From: a virus
DNA: 64,000 bases
IMG/VR virus record: IMGVR_UViG_3300045988_042432
Strand: one strand, 5' to 3'
Part shown: in pieces, positions 52,830 through 63,075 of the stretch
How positions within the stretch are numbered: position 1 is the stretch's first letter
Layout of the letters: every line of letters begins with the position of its first letter
Made by a program: the position numbers and the translations under genes
Notes under the pieces: generated by a model
Databases searched by the model: none
Seen by the model: only the letters and a program-made list of their open reading frames with translations
What the model was told of the DNA's origin: nothing

Positions 52830-53226
52830 TTTAGAGAATACAATGGTTGTTCAGATGAGAAATCAACAACTGTATCTAGTAATCACTGATTGCTTACCGC
52901 CTAATGCTTCTGAGAATAAAGACATTGTATTCTTGAGCCGGGGTGGCTATATGCAAGGTACATCATATACTTTTAATATGCTCATGAATACTGATAATGA
53001 ACTTTATCGGGAATGGGACATAATGAAGGTATTTAAGAGAGTGTACAGTAACTTTGACCAAAATCACAGAGCACCTTACAGTTTAAAACATCTTGATAGT
53101 ATGCTCGACCTAGTATGTATATGGGATAGAGAGAAAGATGCCTGTCAAGAGGAGGAGATAGTCAATGATAATGACTTTGTCTCCGAACAAGATGAATATA
53201 GTTCTAAAGAAGTAAAATTCTATTAA
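52816..53226 (+). CDS. hypothetical protein
   Basis: 136-aa ORF. Confidence 0.6.
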   Translation: MTLNDLENTMVVQMRNQQLYLVITDCLPPNASENKDIVFLSRGGYMQGTSYTFNMLMNTDNELYREWDIMKVFKRVYSNFDQNHRAPYSLKHLDSMLDLVCIWDREKDACQEEEIVNDNDFVSEQDEYSSKEVKFY

Positions 53227-53438
53227 TGGCTTATTTCGTTGAAGCTGATGACGGGTTTGCAATTAATTTAGACGCAGTTGCTTACTTCAATGATGAATTT
53301 GTAAGGTTTGTTAACGATTGGAAGATGGAGATAAGTACCAAAACTTATCATCTACTAAGAGATTATGTTCATTGCAAATCTAAAGAAGTAGAATTAAAGC
53401 TTAATGCGCCTAATCAAACCGAAAGTAGAACTTATTAA
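53226..53438 (+). CDS. hypothetical protein
   Basis: 70-aa ORF. Confidence 0.55.
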   Translation: MAYFVEADDGFAINLDAVAYFNDEFVRFVNDWKMEISTKTYHLLRDYVHCKSKEVELKLNAPNQTESRTY

Positions 53439-54318
53439 CCAGGAACCAGGTGTTGAAGGTCTATTCAAACACATGGAACTGTGTGCAAGGACTTGTTATA
53501 AGTCTGAAGACAAGATAACAGAAGACAGTGCTAAGAAGTTTATTAATAATGTCATTATAGCTAGAGGACATACTGCTATGCTAGAGCATGGTACTGTATA
53601 TCTCATGATTGATTGCTCTGGAAGGCTGCTTGATGTTGCAAATAAGTATGTCAACAACAAGTATTCCGAATGGACCTTACATCTTGATGGAGTGCATTAT
53701 TGTATCACGACCAACTATAGAGTGTTACTCCAAAATGGTTGGCTTGAGGACTTGCAATACTTGTGTGAACCTACAGAATATCACGTTAAACGTGTCACTG
53801 TAAGGTTTATATGTGATATGGGAGTTGCTAGAGAGTTCTGTAGACACAGACTATTTAGCTTCGCTCAAGAAAGTACTAGGTATTGCAATTACTCTAAGGC
53901 TAAGTTTGGTAAGGAATTAAATTGTATAATACCGTGCTGGTATAAGAATATGTTCGAGGGTAATTCATATAATATAGAACTATGTCATACTTATGATTTA
54001 ACTATATCTGAAGGATTGTCTCGAACTGAAGCTGCATGGATACAAGCTATGTGTGAGGCAGAAAGTACATATTTCGGATTGTTGACAGAGGGCGAGCCTG
54101 CTCAACAAGCTAGAAATGTACTACCTTTAGCATTAAAGACAGAATTAATAATGACTGGCACTGTTGAACAATGGATAGAGTTCTTGAAATTGAGATGTGC
54201 AAATGATGCTCATCCGCAGGCAAGAGAACTTGCAATTGAATTACGAGATAGATTACTGTTGGATGACTATATAGATATTGATGCAGAAGGGAATCTACAA
54301 GTATCGAACAGATACTAG
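53404..54318 (+). CDS. thyX: FAD-dependent thymidylate synthase
   Basis: ThyX signature [16 protein letters not shown] (RHR..S..QxSxRY). Confidence 0.9.
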   Translation: MRLIKPKVELINQEPGVEGLFKHMELCARTCYKSEDKITEDSAKKFINNVIIARGHTAMLEHGTVYLMIDCSGRLLDVANKYVNNKYSEWTLHLDGVHYCITTNYRVLLQNGWLEDLQYLCEPTEYHVKRVTVRFICDMGVAREFCRHRLFSFAQESTRYCNYSKAKFGKELNCIIPCWYKNMFEGNSYNIELCHTYDLTISEGLSRTEAAWIQAMCEAESTYFGLLTEGEPAQQARNVLPLALKTELIMTGTVEQWIEFLKLRCANDAHPQARELAIELRDRLLLDDYIDIDAEGNLQVSNRY

Positions 54319-54370
54319 GAGATATAAGCGAGAACTTCATAAGGAAGAGGCAAAACTCCTAGACTACAAG

Positions 54371-54613
54371 ATGCACTTAGTTATCAGATTTGTATTATTC
54401 TTAAAGTATCTAATCACATTCAGAATGCAGGATGCCAAAGACGCACTAGACATGGACAAGGAATTGTCGAAAGAGGAAGAAGCATTGCTAAGGAAACATC
54501 TTGCTAACTTTCTAAGAAGAGAACCGTATGTTAGACCTTACCCTAAGATAGGTCGTAATGCCCCTTGTCCATGTGGCAGTGGCAAGAAATATAAACATTG
54601 TTGTGGAAGATGA
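54371..54613 (+). CDS. SEC-C motif protein
   Basis: C-terminal [18 protein letters not shown]. Start uncertain (54278, 54371 or 54425). Confidence 0.6.
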   Translation: MHLVIRFVLFLKYLITFRMQDAKDALDMDKELSKEEEALLRKHLANFLRREPYVRPYPKIGRNAPCPCGSGKKYKHCCGR

Positions 54614-55209
54614 CAGATAAGTTTAAATTTGACCCAGAGCATACGTTCTTTACGTCAGATACACATTTTGGTCATGCTAACATTATCAATCTGTGCAATC
54701 GTCCATTTAAGGATGTAAACCATATGAATGATATGTTAGTTGAGAACTGGAATAGTGTGGTTACTGACGATGATACAGTCTTCCATTTGGGAGATTTTGC
54801 TCTAGGTGGTAGTGCAGTATGGAGTAATGTTTTGTCTCGTCTAAAAGGCAAGATTTACCTCATATTGGGAAACCATGACAGGAAGAACATAAGACAAGGT
54901 TACATGGGTAAGTTTGAGATAGTGGTCCCCCAAATGCAGATTTCGATAGAGACTCGTAGTATATACTTAAATCACTATCCGTTTCTGTGTTATGGTGGAA
55001 TATATCGTAAACCAGAGGATGCCGTATGGCAGCTATTTGGACATGTACATTCAGGCCCAAATAGTGCTGGAGCTGATGCAGCTAGACTGCCTTATTTACT
55101 TCCGACTCAGTATGATGTAGGAGTTGATAATAATAATTACACTCCTGTATCTTATGCTCAAGTTAAATGTATAATTAATAAGCAAGTGAATGAAGCGCAG
55201 GAATCTTAG
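54598..55209 (+). CDS. metallophosphoesterase
   Basis: [24 protein letters not shown] motifs. Confidence 0.8.
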   Translation: MLWKMTDKFKFDPEHTFFTSDTHFGHANIINLCNRPFKDVNHMNDMLVENWNSVVTDDDTVFHLGDFALGGSAVWSNVLSRLKGKIYLILGNHDRKNIRQGYMGKFEIVVPQMQISIETRSIYLNHYPFLCYGGIYRKPEDAVWQLFGHVHSGPNSAGADAARLPYLLPTQYDVGVDNNNYTPVSYAQVKCIINKQVNEAQES

Positions 55210-55399
55210 TGGGATATTCATCTTCGATAAGTTAGAAGGAGAGGAGAAGCCTACTCCTACTTGTCTCGAAGATTGCACTCCAGAGACTAGACTTAAATGG
55301 CTAGAGGGACTGGAGAAAGGAGCTCTCATAAATTGCATAGAGCATTTGTGTGAGACTATCAACGAATTTAGTGAATTGTTGGACATTTATAAAGAATAA
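55190..55399 (+). CDS. hypothetical protein
   Basis: 69-aa ORF. Confidence 0.5.
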   Translation: MKRRNLSGIFIFDKLEGEEKPTPTCLEDCTPETRLKWLEGLEKGALINCIEHLCETINEFSELLDIYKE

Positions 55400-55404
55400 G
55401 CATT

Positions 55405-55812
55405 ATGGCTAAAATTATTAGTAGCAAAAAGAAGTATGTTCCAGTTAAGGACTTAAAGGTGTATCCTAGTAATAAGGAAACTATTGAAGTAATTCCCGAT
55501 GATGGATTCAATGGAGCTCATCGTTACCGTGCCCAAATGTGTGCTGGTTTTGTTAATGGCAAAACCAAGTATGTGGATGCTACTGACACAATTCAGTTTG
55601 TCCACAAGCACGAAGACGGTACAGTAACTCCAGGGTGGCAATCAGAACAACTTGCCCTTATCCTGCTTGACAGAGTAAAGAAGTTGAATGAGAAGTTCCC
55701 TTGTGAGCAAAATGCTAAACAAGTTGCTGCTCTAGAAGCTTACCTTGACGCTTGTAAGGAGAGAATTGATGACAGGCTTAACCGTAACGTAATGGGAGAC
55801 TTGAAGGAATGA
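55405..55812 (+). CDS. hypothetical protein
   Basis: 135-aa ORF. Confidence 0.65.
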   Translation: MAKIISSKKKYVPVKDLKVYPSNKETIEVIPDDGFNGAHRYRAQMCAGFVNGKTKYVDATDTIQFVHKHEDGTVTPGWQSEQLALILLDRVKKLNEKFPCEQNAKQVAALEAYLDACKERIDDRLNRNVMGDLKE

Positions 55813-56021
55813 AAGTTGAAGTGAATAGAAATGACGAAATGCCAAAAGCAGGAGACCTAGTAATAGACGAGCTTGGAAATATTGGCATCCTAATGCACAA
55901 TGGTTATATTTGGCTTCTTAAGCATTCAGGAAAGCCTGTAGACGTTCCAACCCTAGTAAGTTACACTGATTCCGACAAATTGTACAAGTTTGAGGGAACT
56001 GTGACTCTTAGTAATGATTAA
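55809..56021 (+). CDS. hypothetical protein
   Basis: 70-aa ORF. Confidence 0.55.
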   Translation: MKVEVNRNDEMPKAGDLVIDELGNIGILMHNGYIWLLKHSGKPVDVPTLVSYTDSDKLYKFEGTVTLSND

Positions 56022-56241
56022 GACTTATTACTATGCAATAGATAAAGATGGGCAGGGTTGGTATTACGACAACCCGCCTATCTTTGACGGTGAAAGCTGG
56101 AATGTGGACCCTACGTATGACTGCTTAGAATGTATGGGAGCTGTTAATGATTTACATCCTGCAAATCTATTTAGCTTTCCAATTCCGGAAGATATGACGT
56201 ATGAAGATGAACCTATAAAATTTGAAATATGTCTAAAGTAG
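56014..56241 (+). CDS. small W/D/E-rich protein, tandem family member 1
   Basis: YYAIDKDGQGWYY...DGESW...IKFEI pattern shared with 56497, 56748 and 57002. Confidence 0.55.
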   Translation: MIKTYYYAIDKDGQGWYYDNPPIFDGESWNVDPTYDCLECMGAVNDLHPANLFSFPIPEDMTYEDEPIKFEICLK

Positions 56242-56516
56242 TTACAGTTCACGGGCATACTCTAGAATTAGATATGGGGCCTTCTTGTCCAAATCCTGGG
56301 ATAAGAAGACAGCTGGACGCTAAAGGTGAGCCTTACATGTGCACATCTGACCTGACCACTTGGATAGGGATAGACGGGGATTGGTATCGTATATACAAAC
56401 CTAGTATAACCTTAGAGTGGCCTGGTATTTTAGAACTGGCTGAAACTGAAGACGAGTTATTAGATTATTTAGAGGACGTATCTGAATTTACTAGAAATGA
56501 GAAAGGAAATAACTAA
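56229..56516 (+). CDS. hypothetical protein
   Basis: 95-aa ORF. Confidence 0.55.
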   Translation: MSKVVTVHGHTLELDMGPSCPNPGIRRQLDAKGEPYMCTSDLTTWIGIDGDWYRIYKPSITLEWPGILELAETEDELLDYLEDVSEFTRNEKGNN

Positions 56517-56751
56517 CCCAGTGGGTAAGTGGTGGGTAGTCGCCAATAGATGTGGAGACCTTCATGTAACCGATGGTGACATGCCGGAGAAAGCTGGCAG
56601 CGGTTGGCAAGGAATGAATAACGACTATGAGTGGACTTCTGCCACAGATGATGTATTTAAAGACTGTGTTATTCCAGCTACTACATTTGATAAAGGCCCA
56701 CTACAATTTGAGATTGATGAACAGTTAAACACAACTTGGTATAAAGAATGA
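56497..56751 (+). CDS. small W/D/E-rich protein, tandem family member 2
   Basis: KWWVVANRCGD...GSGW...LQFEI. Confidence 0.55.
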   Translation: MRKEITNPVGKWWVVANRCGDLHVTDGDMPEKAGSGWQGMNNDYEWTSATDDVFKDCVIPATTFDKGPLQFEIDEQLNTTWYKE

Positions 56752-56999
56752 AACGATTTTGGTGTTGTAGAGACTTAGAAGGAGCTGCTAACGAGGAAGT
56801 ATTTCTGTTTGTTGGAGAAGAACCACCAATTATGGACGATGATGGTGAGTGGGTAGACCCAAGAAAAGAAGGTCTGTTTTGGTCGGAAGAAGACTTCAAT
56901 TTTGACTTCGATAAACTTCTAGGAACCGTTAAGTTCCCTGAGTTAAATAAAGGTGAACGGATTGAGATGAATCTTCAGTTTGAATTTGGAATTAAGTAA
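56748..56999 (+). CDS. small W/D/E-rich protein, tandem family member 3
   Basis: RFWCCRD...DDGEW...IEMNLQFEF. Confidence 0.55.
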   Translation: MKRFWCCRDLEGAANEEVFLFVGEEPPIMDDDGEWVDPRKEGLFWSEEDFNFDFDKLLGTVKFPELNKGERIEMNLQFEFGIK

Positions 57000-57001
57000 C
57001 T

Positions 57002-57244
57002 ATGCGTTATTGGTATTGTATAGACAACAACGGCAATAAGTGGCTTTACGAAGGGTCAGTGGCTCCAGTTAAATATGATGATGAATGGAATACTTCTGAT
57101 GAAGAGACAGATGACTCTACTTGGATAGGAGAGTTCGATTTAAGAGCTACCTATGGTGTAGGTTTTGTTGAATCACTTCCAGATATTGCTAATGGTGAGA
57201 TGACTGAAATACGGATTAAATATACAGCCGAGAAATGCGAATAG
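57002..57244 (+). CDS. small W/D/E-rich protein, tandem family member 4
   Basis: RYWYCIDNNGNKWLY...DDEW...TEIRIKY. Confidence 0.55.
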   Translation: MRYWYCIDNNGNKWLYEGSVAPVKYDDEWNTSDEETDDSTWIGEFDLRATYGVGFVESLPDIANGEMTEIRIKYTAEKCE

Positions 57245-57939
57245 GAGTTACATCTGATTTACACGGAGTACTTCCCGCAGTTGAAGAATGTGATATATTT
57301 CTCATCTGTGGAGATATCATGCCGTTAAATATACAACTAAACATGCCTAAATCTAGGCTATGGCTTCAAAATACGTTTATTCCATGGGCTAATGGGTTAC
57401 CATGTAAACATGTAGTATTCATAGCTGGTAATCATGACTTCTGGTTTGAAAGAAATGGAGGTTTGGAACCAGATATGTACAACATGTTTCATAAGCCTAC
57501 TGACGGCAAATTGGTGTATCTACATAATAAGTCTTGGGAATATGAGCATGAAATCGAGCCAGGAGTATTCAAGAAGTTTAAAATCTTCGGAACTCCCTAC
57601 TGTAAGCAATTTGGTAATTGGGCGTTCATGAGAGAGCCTGAACGCCTGGAAGCTAAGTATGCTCATATGCCTAGTGATTGTGATATTCTTATATCTCACG
57701 ATGCTCCTAGACTACTTGGGCTAGGTGAGATACATGAAGGAGCGTGGGCAGGAGAAGATGCGGGTAATACATGGTTAGCCGATGAAATCATGCGTAAACA
57801 ACCTAAACATTGTTTCTGCGGACACATTCACAGTGGATGTCATGGAATACAGGAATTTAATGGCATGAAGTTCTCTAACGTATCGTTAGTAAATGAAGAT
57901 TATGTAGTTTCTTACAAACCTCTATATTTGAATGTTTAA
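57235..57939 (+). CDS. metallophosphoesterase
   Basis: GVTSDLHG, CGDI, AGNHD, SHDAP, GHIH motifs. Confidence 0.8.
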   Translation: MRIGVTSDLHGVLPAVEECDIFLICGDIMPLNIQLNMPKSRLWLQNTFIPWANGLPCKHVVFIAGNHDFWFERNGGLEPDMYNMFHKPTDGKLVYLHNKSWEYEHEIEPGVFKKFKIFGTPYCKQFGNWAFMREPERLEAKYAHMPSDCDILISHDAPRLLGLGEIHEGAWAGEDAGNTWLADEIMRKQPKHCFCGHIHSGCHGIQEFNGMKFSNVSLVNEDYVVSYKPLYLNV

Positions 57940-58171
57940 AAGGATGCCAACTGAAAAGGTAGTTTATACATCTGGCGGCTCTAGCCTATTAACTGCTATA
58001 GCCATAGTATTTGTAATTCTTAAATTAACAGGAACAACTGCTGTTGCAACATGGTCATGGTGGTGGGTACTTGCTCCATTATGGCTGCCAGTAGTCTTCG
58101 CTATAGGTATTGTATTAGTGTTACTTCTAATACTGCTAATAGTTGCCGCAATAGCAGCGTGTTCTAAATAA
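57932..58171 (+). CDS. small membrane protein
   Basis: Two long hydrophobic helices. Confidence 0.55.
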   Translation: MFKRMPTEKVVYTSGGSSLLTAIAIVFVILKLTGTTAVATWSWWWVLAPLWLPVVFAIGIVLVLLLILLIVAAIAACSK

Positions 58172-58174
58172 AGT

Positions 58175-58753
58175 ATGGATAAGATTTTATTAATTGTAGA
58201 CCCACAGGTGGATTTCATCAGTGGGTCTTTAGCTGTGGAAGGAGCTAAGGAGAAGATAGATGCTCTTGCTAGTGCATTACAGAACGGTGAAATTGACTGT
58301 GACTATGTAATGGTTACTAAGGACTTTCACCCATCTAACCACTGCTCCTTTAAAGAGAACGGAGGCCAATGGCCTCCACATTGTGTTAAAGGTACTACTG
58401 GTAGTTGTATATATGCCCCACTATGGAGTGTAATATGCAACTACGCCTATCGTAAAGATACAGACATCTTTATTAAAGGAGATAGTCCTGACAAAGAAGA
58501 GTATAGTATCTTTGATAATCTAGAAAGTCTTTCTGTTATATCAGACATATTACTTGATTTTGAGTCTGACCCAGACAATGAGATTAGAGTAGTTGGTATA
58601 GCTGGTGATTATTGTGTGCATGAAACTATATGTGACTTGATAGCTATGGGCTATAAAGATAACATTGTAGTAGACACTAAGTATATTGCATCCATAGATG
58701 GTGGAGATAAACTTGCTAATTTAATTAAAAACTGTGGTTTAAAATGGGATTAA
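58175..58753 (+). CDS. pncA: nicotinamidase (isochorismatase fold)
   Basis: LLIVDPQVDF (Asp), KDFHPSNHCSF (metal site), IFIKGD (Lys), GIAGDYCVHET (Cys). Confidence 0.8.
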   Translation: MDKILLIVDPQVDFISGSLAVEGAKEKIDALASALQNGEIDCDYVMVTKDFHPSNHCSFKENGGQWPPHCVKGTTGSCIYAPLWSVICNYAYRKDTDIFIKGDSPDKEEYSIFDNLESLSVISDILLDFESDPDNEIRVVGIAGDYCVHETICDLIAMGYKDNIVVDTKYIASIDGGDKLANLIKNCGLKWD

Positions 58754-59040
58754 TTTATTCAGTATCGGTTTTGTTCTTCACATTCATGATATTTAGAATG
58801 TATCTAAAGAAGGACATTAGACCCTATATGACAAGTAGAGTGGTTACTTTACTCACAATTCTAGGGTTGTTGCCTTATGTAAATACGGTAATTATAATTG
58901 CAACTCTCGGTGATGCTGTTGTTAAATTCAATGAATACAGGAATCTTACTAAGCAAGAGAGGACAGACAGAATGATAGAATCATTGCAGCTCATTGACTT
59001 AGCAATGGAGAGATTAATTGATAAATTTAAAGAGAAATGA
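58744..59040 (+). CDS. small membrane protein
   Basis: Two TM segments. Sits between pncA and pncB. Confidence 0.55.
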   Translation: MGLIYSVSVLFFTFMIFRMYLKKDIRPYMTSRVVTLLTILGLLPYVNTVIIIATLGDAVVKFNEYRNLTKQERTDRMIESLQLIDLAMERLIDKFKEK

Positions 59041-60200
59041 TAGTAAAATCCATTCTTGATACGGATTTGTATAAATTTACAACTTCGTATGCTTACATGA
59101 AACTATTTCCTCAAGCTAGAGGAACATTTGAGTTCTTTGACCGTGACTTGACAGAGTATCCAGAAGACTTTGTTCAGAAGGTGTACTTGGAGTTAAGTAA
59201 TCTTGGAATGTTACGTCTTACCAATAGTGAACTTGATTATATGACTTCTAACTGTAGATTTGTTCCACAAGTCTACTGGGAATGGTTATATTCTTTCAGG
59301 TTTAACTCTGGCAAAGTGCAAGTATGGCTTGATGACAAGAAACATCTTCATATTACTGTTACTGATTATCTGTACAAAGTAACACTATATGAAGTTCCTA
59401 TTCTAGCCATTATATCTGAACTACGTAATCGTGTATTAGGTAACAACTGTGACATGTCAGAAGTCATTAAGAAGCTTGAACCTAAGTTAAGGTTGTCGAA
59501 TGTTGCAGGAATAAAATTCTCTGAATTTGGTACCAGAAGACGGTTCAGTTATAATGTACAGGATGAGGTAGTATCTGCAATTAAGGAAGGTTCTATCTAT
59601 TGTACTGGCACTTCTAACTGCTATCTGGCTATGAAATATGAAATGCCTATGATGGGAACTCATCCGCATGAGTGGTTCATGTTCCACGGTGCTATGTATG
59701 GCTATAAACAGGCTAATTACATGGCTCTTGAGAATTGGGTAAATGTGTATGACGGTGATTTGGGAATAGCATTGTCTGACACATATACTTCTGAAGTGTT
59801 CATGAAGAACCTGTCTCGCAAGCAAGCTAAATTGTTTGACGGAGTAAGATGTGACTCTGGCGATGAGTTTAAGTTCATAAACAGTATGATTGCTCGTTAT
59901 AAAGAACTTGGAGTAGACCCTACTACTAAGACTATAGTATTCAGTAATGCTTTGGACTTTGACAAATGCCAGGACATTATGGAGTATTGTGGAAGTAGAA
60001 TCAGGTGTTCGTTTGGAATAGGCACTAATCTCACTAATGATACTGGGTTTAAGCCGGCTAATATAGTGATGAAGCTTATTAGCTGTCAAATGAATGCTAA
60101 TCAACCTGTTTATGGATGCGTGAAGCTGTCTGATGATGCCGGTAAACATACTGGAGAAAATAAAGAAGTTAATGCTTGTTTAGTTGAATTAGGATTATGA
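59037..60200 (+). CDS. pncB: nicotinate phosphoribosyltransferase
   Basis: N-terminal ILDTDLYKFT and EFGTRRRFS, characteristic of PncB. Confidence 0.85.
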   Translation: MIVKSILDTDLYKFTTSYAYMKLFPQARGTFEFFDRDLTEYPEDFVQKVYLELSNLGMLRLTNSELDYMTSNCRFVPQVYWEWLYSFRFNSGKVQVWLDDKKHLHITVTDYLYKVTLYEVPILAIISELRNRVLGNNCDMSEVIKKLEPKLRLSNVAGIKFSEFGTRRRFSYNVQDEVVSAIKEGSIYCTGTSNCYLAMKYEMPMMGTHPHEWFMFHGAMYGYKQANYMALENWVNVYDGDLGIALSDTYTSEVFMKNLSRKQAKLFDGVRCDSGDEFKFINSMIARYKELGVDPTTKTIVFSNALDFDKCQDIMEYCGSRIRCSFGIGTNLTNDTGFKPANIVMKLISCQMNANQPVYGCVKLSDDAGKHTGENKEVNACLVELGL

Positions 60201-61159
60201 GTGAACTAAATTATGAACACGTATTTAACGTATTAGTTGATAAAACAGCTGAATACGTTACTTCTAACAACCTTAAAGCAATGGTATTGGGCATCAGTGG
60301 AGGAATTGACTCCACTGTTGTCGCTGCTATCTGCCATGAGGTTAGTAAGAAGACTGGTATTCCTCTTATAGGAAGAAGTCTTCCTATTAAGAATAAAAGT
60401 GATGAGTTCGCTACTTCTGTACATGTAGGAGAAGCCTTCTGTAATGAATTTAGTGTTTACAGACTTGAACGTTCCTATCGTGCAGCTTTGTTTGATGCCT
60501 GTGCTGATGCAGGTGATGTCAATATGGCTAATTCTTACTATCTCGATGAACTAGAAGAAATGCCTAGTAGAACTCCTATTGCTAATGGTAATCTTCAAGC
60601 TAGGTGCAGAATGATGTATCTATATGATATAGCTAGTCGCCATAAAGGATTAGTAATGAGTACAGATAATCAAACTGAATATCAGCTTGGATTCTGGACT
60701 ATTCATGGTGATGTAGGTGATTTTGACCCAATTCAAGACCTATGGAAGACAGAAGTTTATGAGTTAGCTAAGTGGATTAGTAATCGCTATAAAAACATTG
60801 AACACCACCATACTATAATGACTGGTGCTGGAAGTAAATCTGATGCTATAGAGTTATCTATAGCTCTTACTCCTACGGACGGTCTTGGCATTAGTAACAG
60901 TGACTTAGAGCAAATTGGAGCTAAGAGTTACGATGAGGTTGATGATATACTCTCTAGATATATTCCATTTAAGGAGTATCGACAGAAGCATGGAGAACCA
61001 CTTCATCCACATGATGAAATAGCAGAATCTGATTGCTGGTCACAATTATGTGTTAGGCATGGAGAAGATGTAGTCAATAAGGTTTGGAGCCGACATTTAG
61101 CTTCCGAATTTAAACGTAAGAAAGCTCCAATTTATATATCTAGGGAATTATATGAATGA
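60197..61159 (+). CDS. nadE: NH3-dependent NAD+ synthetase
   Basis: PP-loop LGISGGIDSTV with downstream NadE-like core. Confidence 0.85.
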   Translation: MSELNYEHVFNVLVDKTAEYVTSNNLKAMVLGISGGIDSTVVAAICHEVSKKTGIPLIGRSLPIKNKSDEFATSVHVGEAFCNEFSVYRLERSYRAALFDACADAGDVNMANSYYLDELEEMPSRTPIANGNLQARCRMMYLYDIASRHKGLVMSTDNQTEYQLGFWTIHGDVGDFDPIQDLWKTEVYELAKWISNRYKNIEHHHTIMTGAGSKSDAIELSIALTPTDGLGISNSDLEQIGAKSYDEVDDILSRYIPFKEYRQKHGEPLHPHDEIAESDCWSQLCVRHGEDVVNKVWSRHLASEFKRKKAPIYISRELYE

Positions 61160-62255
61160 TTTAGAGAGAAGGGTTCACACAGCTATTAAAGAGTGTTATG
61201 ATGTAGTCATAGCCCCAACTTACGGGTTAGGTTCTGCATTAGCCGCTGTATTTATGAAGATACATGGAAGAGCTCCACATAGGGCGACTTTTAGAACAGA
61301 TTATTATGCAGTAGACTTACCAGAAGGACGAGAATGGTCAGATGCAGAATCTAAAGGAAAGATTAAATCTATTTCCGGAAGTAAATCTATAGACTATTGG
61401 GCAACTCAACACAACCTTTTAAAGTTGTTTCCAGATGCAGTTCATATAAGGTGGGGAGATGATTACTTCTTATTTACTGATGAGTATATTATAGACCTTC
61501 AGGACCTAGAAATTCTAATGTTGAATACTGATGATATTCCAAAAGAAATAGTAGATTGCTTGGTATATAAAGAGGCTAAAGCTACTATGGAATACGTAAC
61601 CTACAGTAATCAAGGATTCAGAACCACACTAATGAAAGTAAAAGAACAAGATTGTGATATACAATCTAATTATAATGATGACTTACCACATCAACAAATA
61701 ACCGATATGATAAATTCCAAGGAAAGTGGAATTGCCATACTACACGGAGTTCCTGGTTGCGGTAAGACTAGTTATATTAGAAAGCTAATAGCCGACAATC
61801 CAGGTAAGAAGTTTGTGTTCTTAGACGCTTCTACGTTTCAATACATTGGGGATGCTTCATTTATTGAACTTCTTACTAATAAGAGAGATTCAGTGTTTGT
61901 AGTAGAAGACTGCGAGGACTTATTAGTAAGTAGGGACACTAAAGGAAATCACAGAATATCCTCTTTACTAAACCTGTCAGACGGTATACTTGGAGACTCT
62001 TTAAACCTTAAGTTCATATGTACCTTTAATGCTGATATTAGTAGTATTGATAAAGCATTATTACGTAAAGGAAGATTGAAAGTTAAATATGAATTTGGTA
62101 AACTTACCAAAGATAAAGCTACTGCCTTAGCTGTTAAACTTGGTAAGACTGAACCTGTAACTGAAGACATGGCATTGTGTGATGTCTATAACTTAGGCAC
62201 AGACAATGGTGGTGAACAAATTGAAAGTGATAGACCTAAAATTGGATTTAGATGA
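61152..62255 (+). CDS. AAA+ ATPase with unknown N-terminal domain
   Basis: Walker A HGVPGCGKTS, Walker B VFVVEDCEDL, second region of homology with LLRKGRL. Confidence 0.75.
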   Translation: MNDLERRVHTAIKECYDVVIAPTYGLGSALAAVFMKIHGRAPHRATFRTDYYAVDLPEGREWSDAESKGKIKSISGSKSIDYWATQHNLLKLFPDAVHIRWGDDYFLFTDEYIIDLQDLEILMLNTDDIPKEIVDCLVYKEAKATMEYVTYSNQGFRTTLMKVKEQDCDIQSNYNDDLPHQQITDMINSKESGIAILHGVPGCGKTSYIRKLIADNPGKKFVFLDASTFQYIGDASFIELLTNKRDSVFVVEDCEDLLVSRDTKGNHRISSLLNLSDGILGDSLNLKFICTFNADISSIDKALLRKGRLKVKYEFGKLTKDKATALAVKLGKTEPVTEDMALCDVYNLGTDNGGEQIESDRPKIGFR

Positions 62256-62509
62256 AAATGAAATTGTATTATGGAGCCTTGGCCTTGCTTTGGCTCCTTT
62301 CTAGTTGTACTCCCAGTGATAATGTAACTGACAACCATGACAAGGTTGGAACTTGTCGTAATGGTCATATCAGAGCTCTTACTTTGAATGGTCATACATA
62401 TTACTGGCAAAATCATTGGTTTGCACATGCAGGAGACTGTAAGAAGTGTAAGCATGAACTTGATAGTATAGTTAAAGCAGCAGTTAAGGAGGCAATGCAA
62501 TGCGAGTAG
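62252..62509 (+). CDS. small lipoprotein
   Basis: Signal peptide with lipobox LLSSC. Confidence 0.6.
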   Translation: MKMKLYYGALALLWLLSSCTPSDNVTDNHDKVGTCRNGHIRALTLNGHTYYWQNHWFAHAGDCKKCKHELDSIVKAAVKEAMQCE

Positions 62510-63075
62510 GATTATTCTTTGGCTCATTTGACCCTCCCCATATCGGGCATGTAAATGTGGTAATGGGAGCCATTAACTCCAATCAGGTGGATAGAGTGTT
62601 AGTGATTCCTGCTTATCAAAACTTATGGAAGGAGAATAGCTCTAAATTTTCATATAGGTATGCTATGAGTTGTATGCAATTCGACACTTTGCCTTTTGTA
62701 CATGTAAGTGATGTAGAGAAAGACTTAGCAGGTCCTGCTTATCCCAGAGGTATACCTACATACGTTGTACTGGAGGAATTAAAGTCTAGAATGCCAGAGG
62801 ATGAATTAGTAATTATTACTACTCCAGAAACCTATAAGGATATTCCTGAATGGCATAAAGGGTCTGTAATATTGTGTGACTATAAATTCCTCATGGTGGT
62901 AAGTGGAGAGGAGACCCCACAAGACCTTCCGGAGAATGTACATGTTGTATACGTTCCGCAAATAACAATATGCTCTACTTGCATTCGCAATAGAGTAAAG
63001 CTTGGAATATACATCCAGCCATTTGTAAGAGATACTGTAGAAGCATTCATTGACCAATATAGATTATATGTATAA
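62500..63075 (+). CDS. nadD: nicotinate/nicotinamide mononucleotide adenylyltransferase
   Basis: GLFFGSFDPPHIGH ((H/T)xGH motif) and ICSTCIRNR (ISSTxxR-like). Confidence 0.8.
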   Translation: MRVGLFFGSFDPPHIGHVNVVMGAINSNQVDRVLVIPAYQNLWKENSSKFSYRYAMSCMQFDTLPFVHVSDVEKDLAGPAYPRGIPTYVVLEELKSRMPEDELVIITTPETYKDIPEWHKGSVILCDYKFLMVVSGEETPQDLPENVHVVYVPQITICSTCIRNRVKLGIYIQPFVRDTVEAFIDQYRLYV

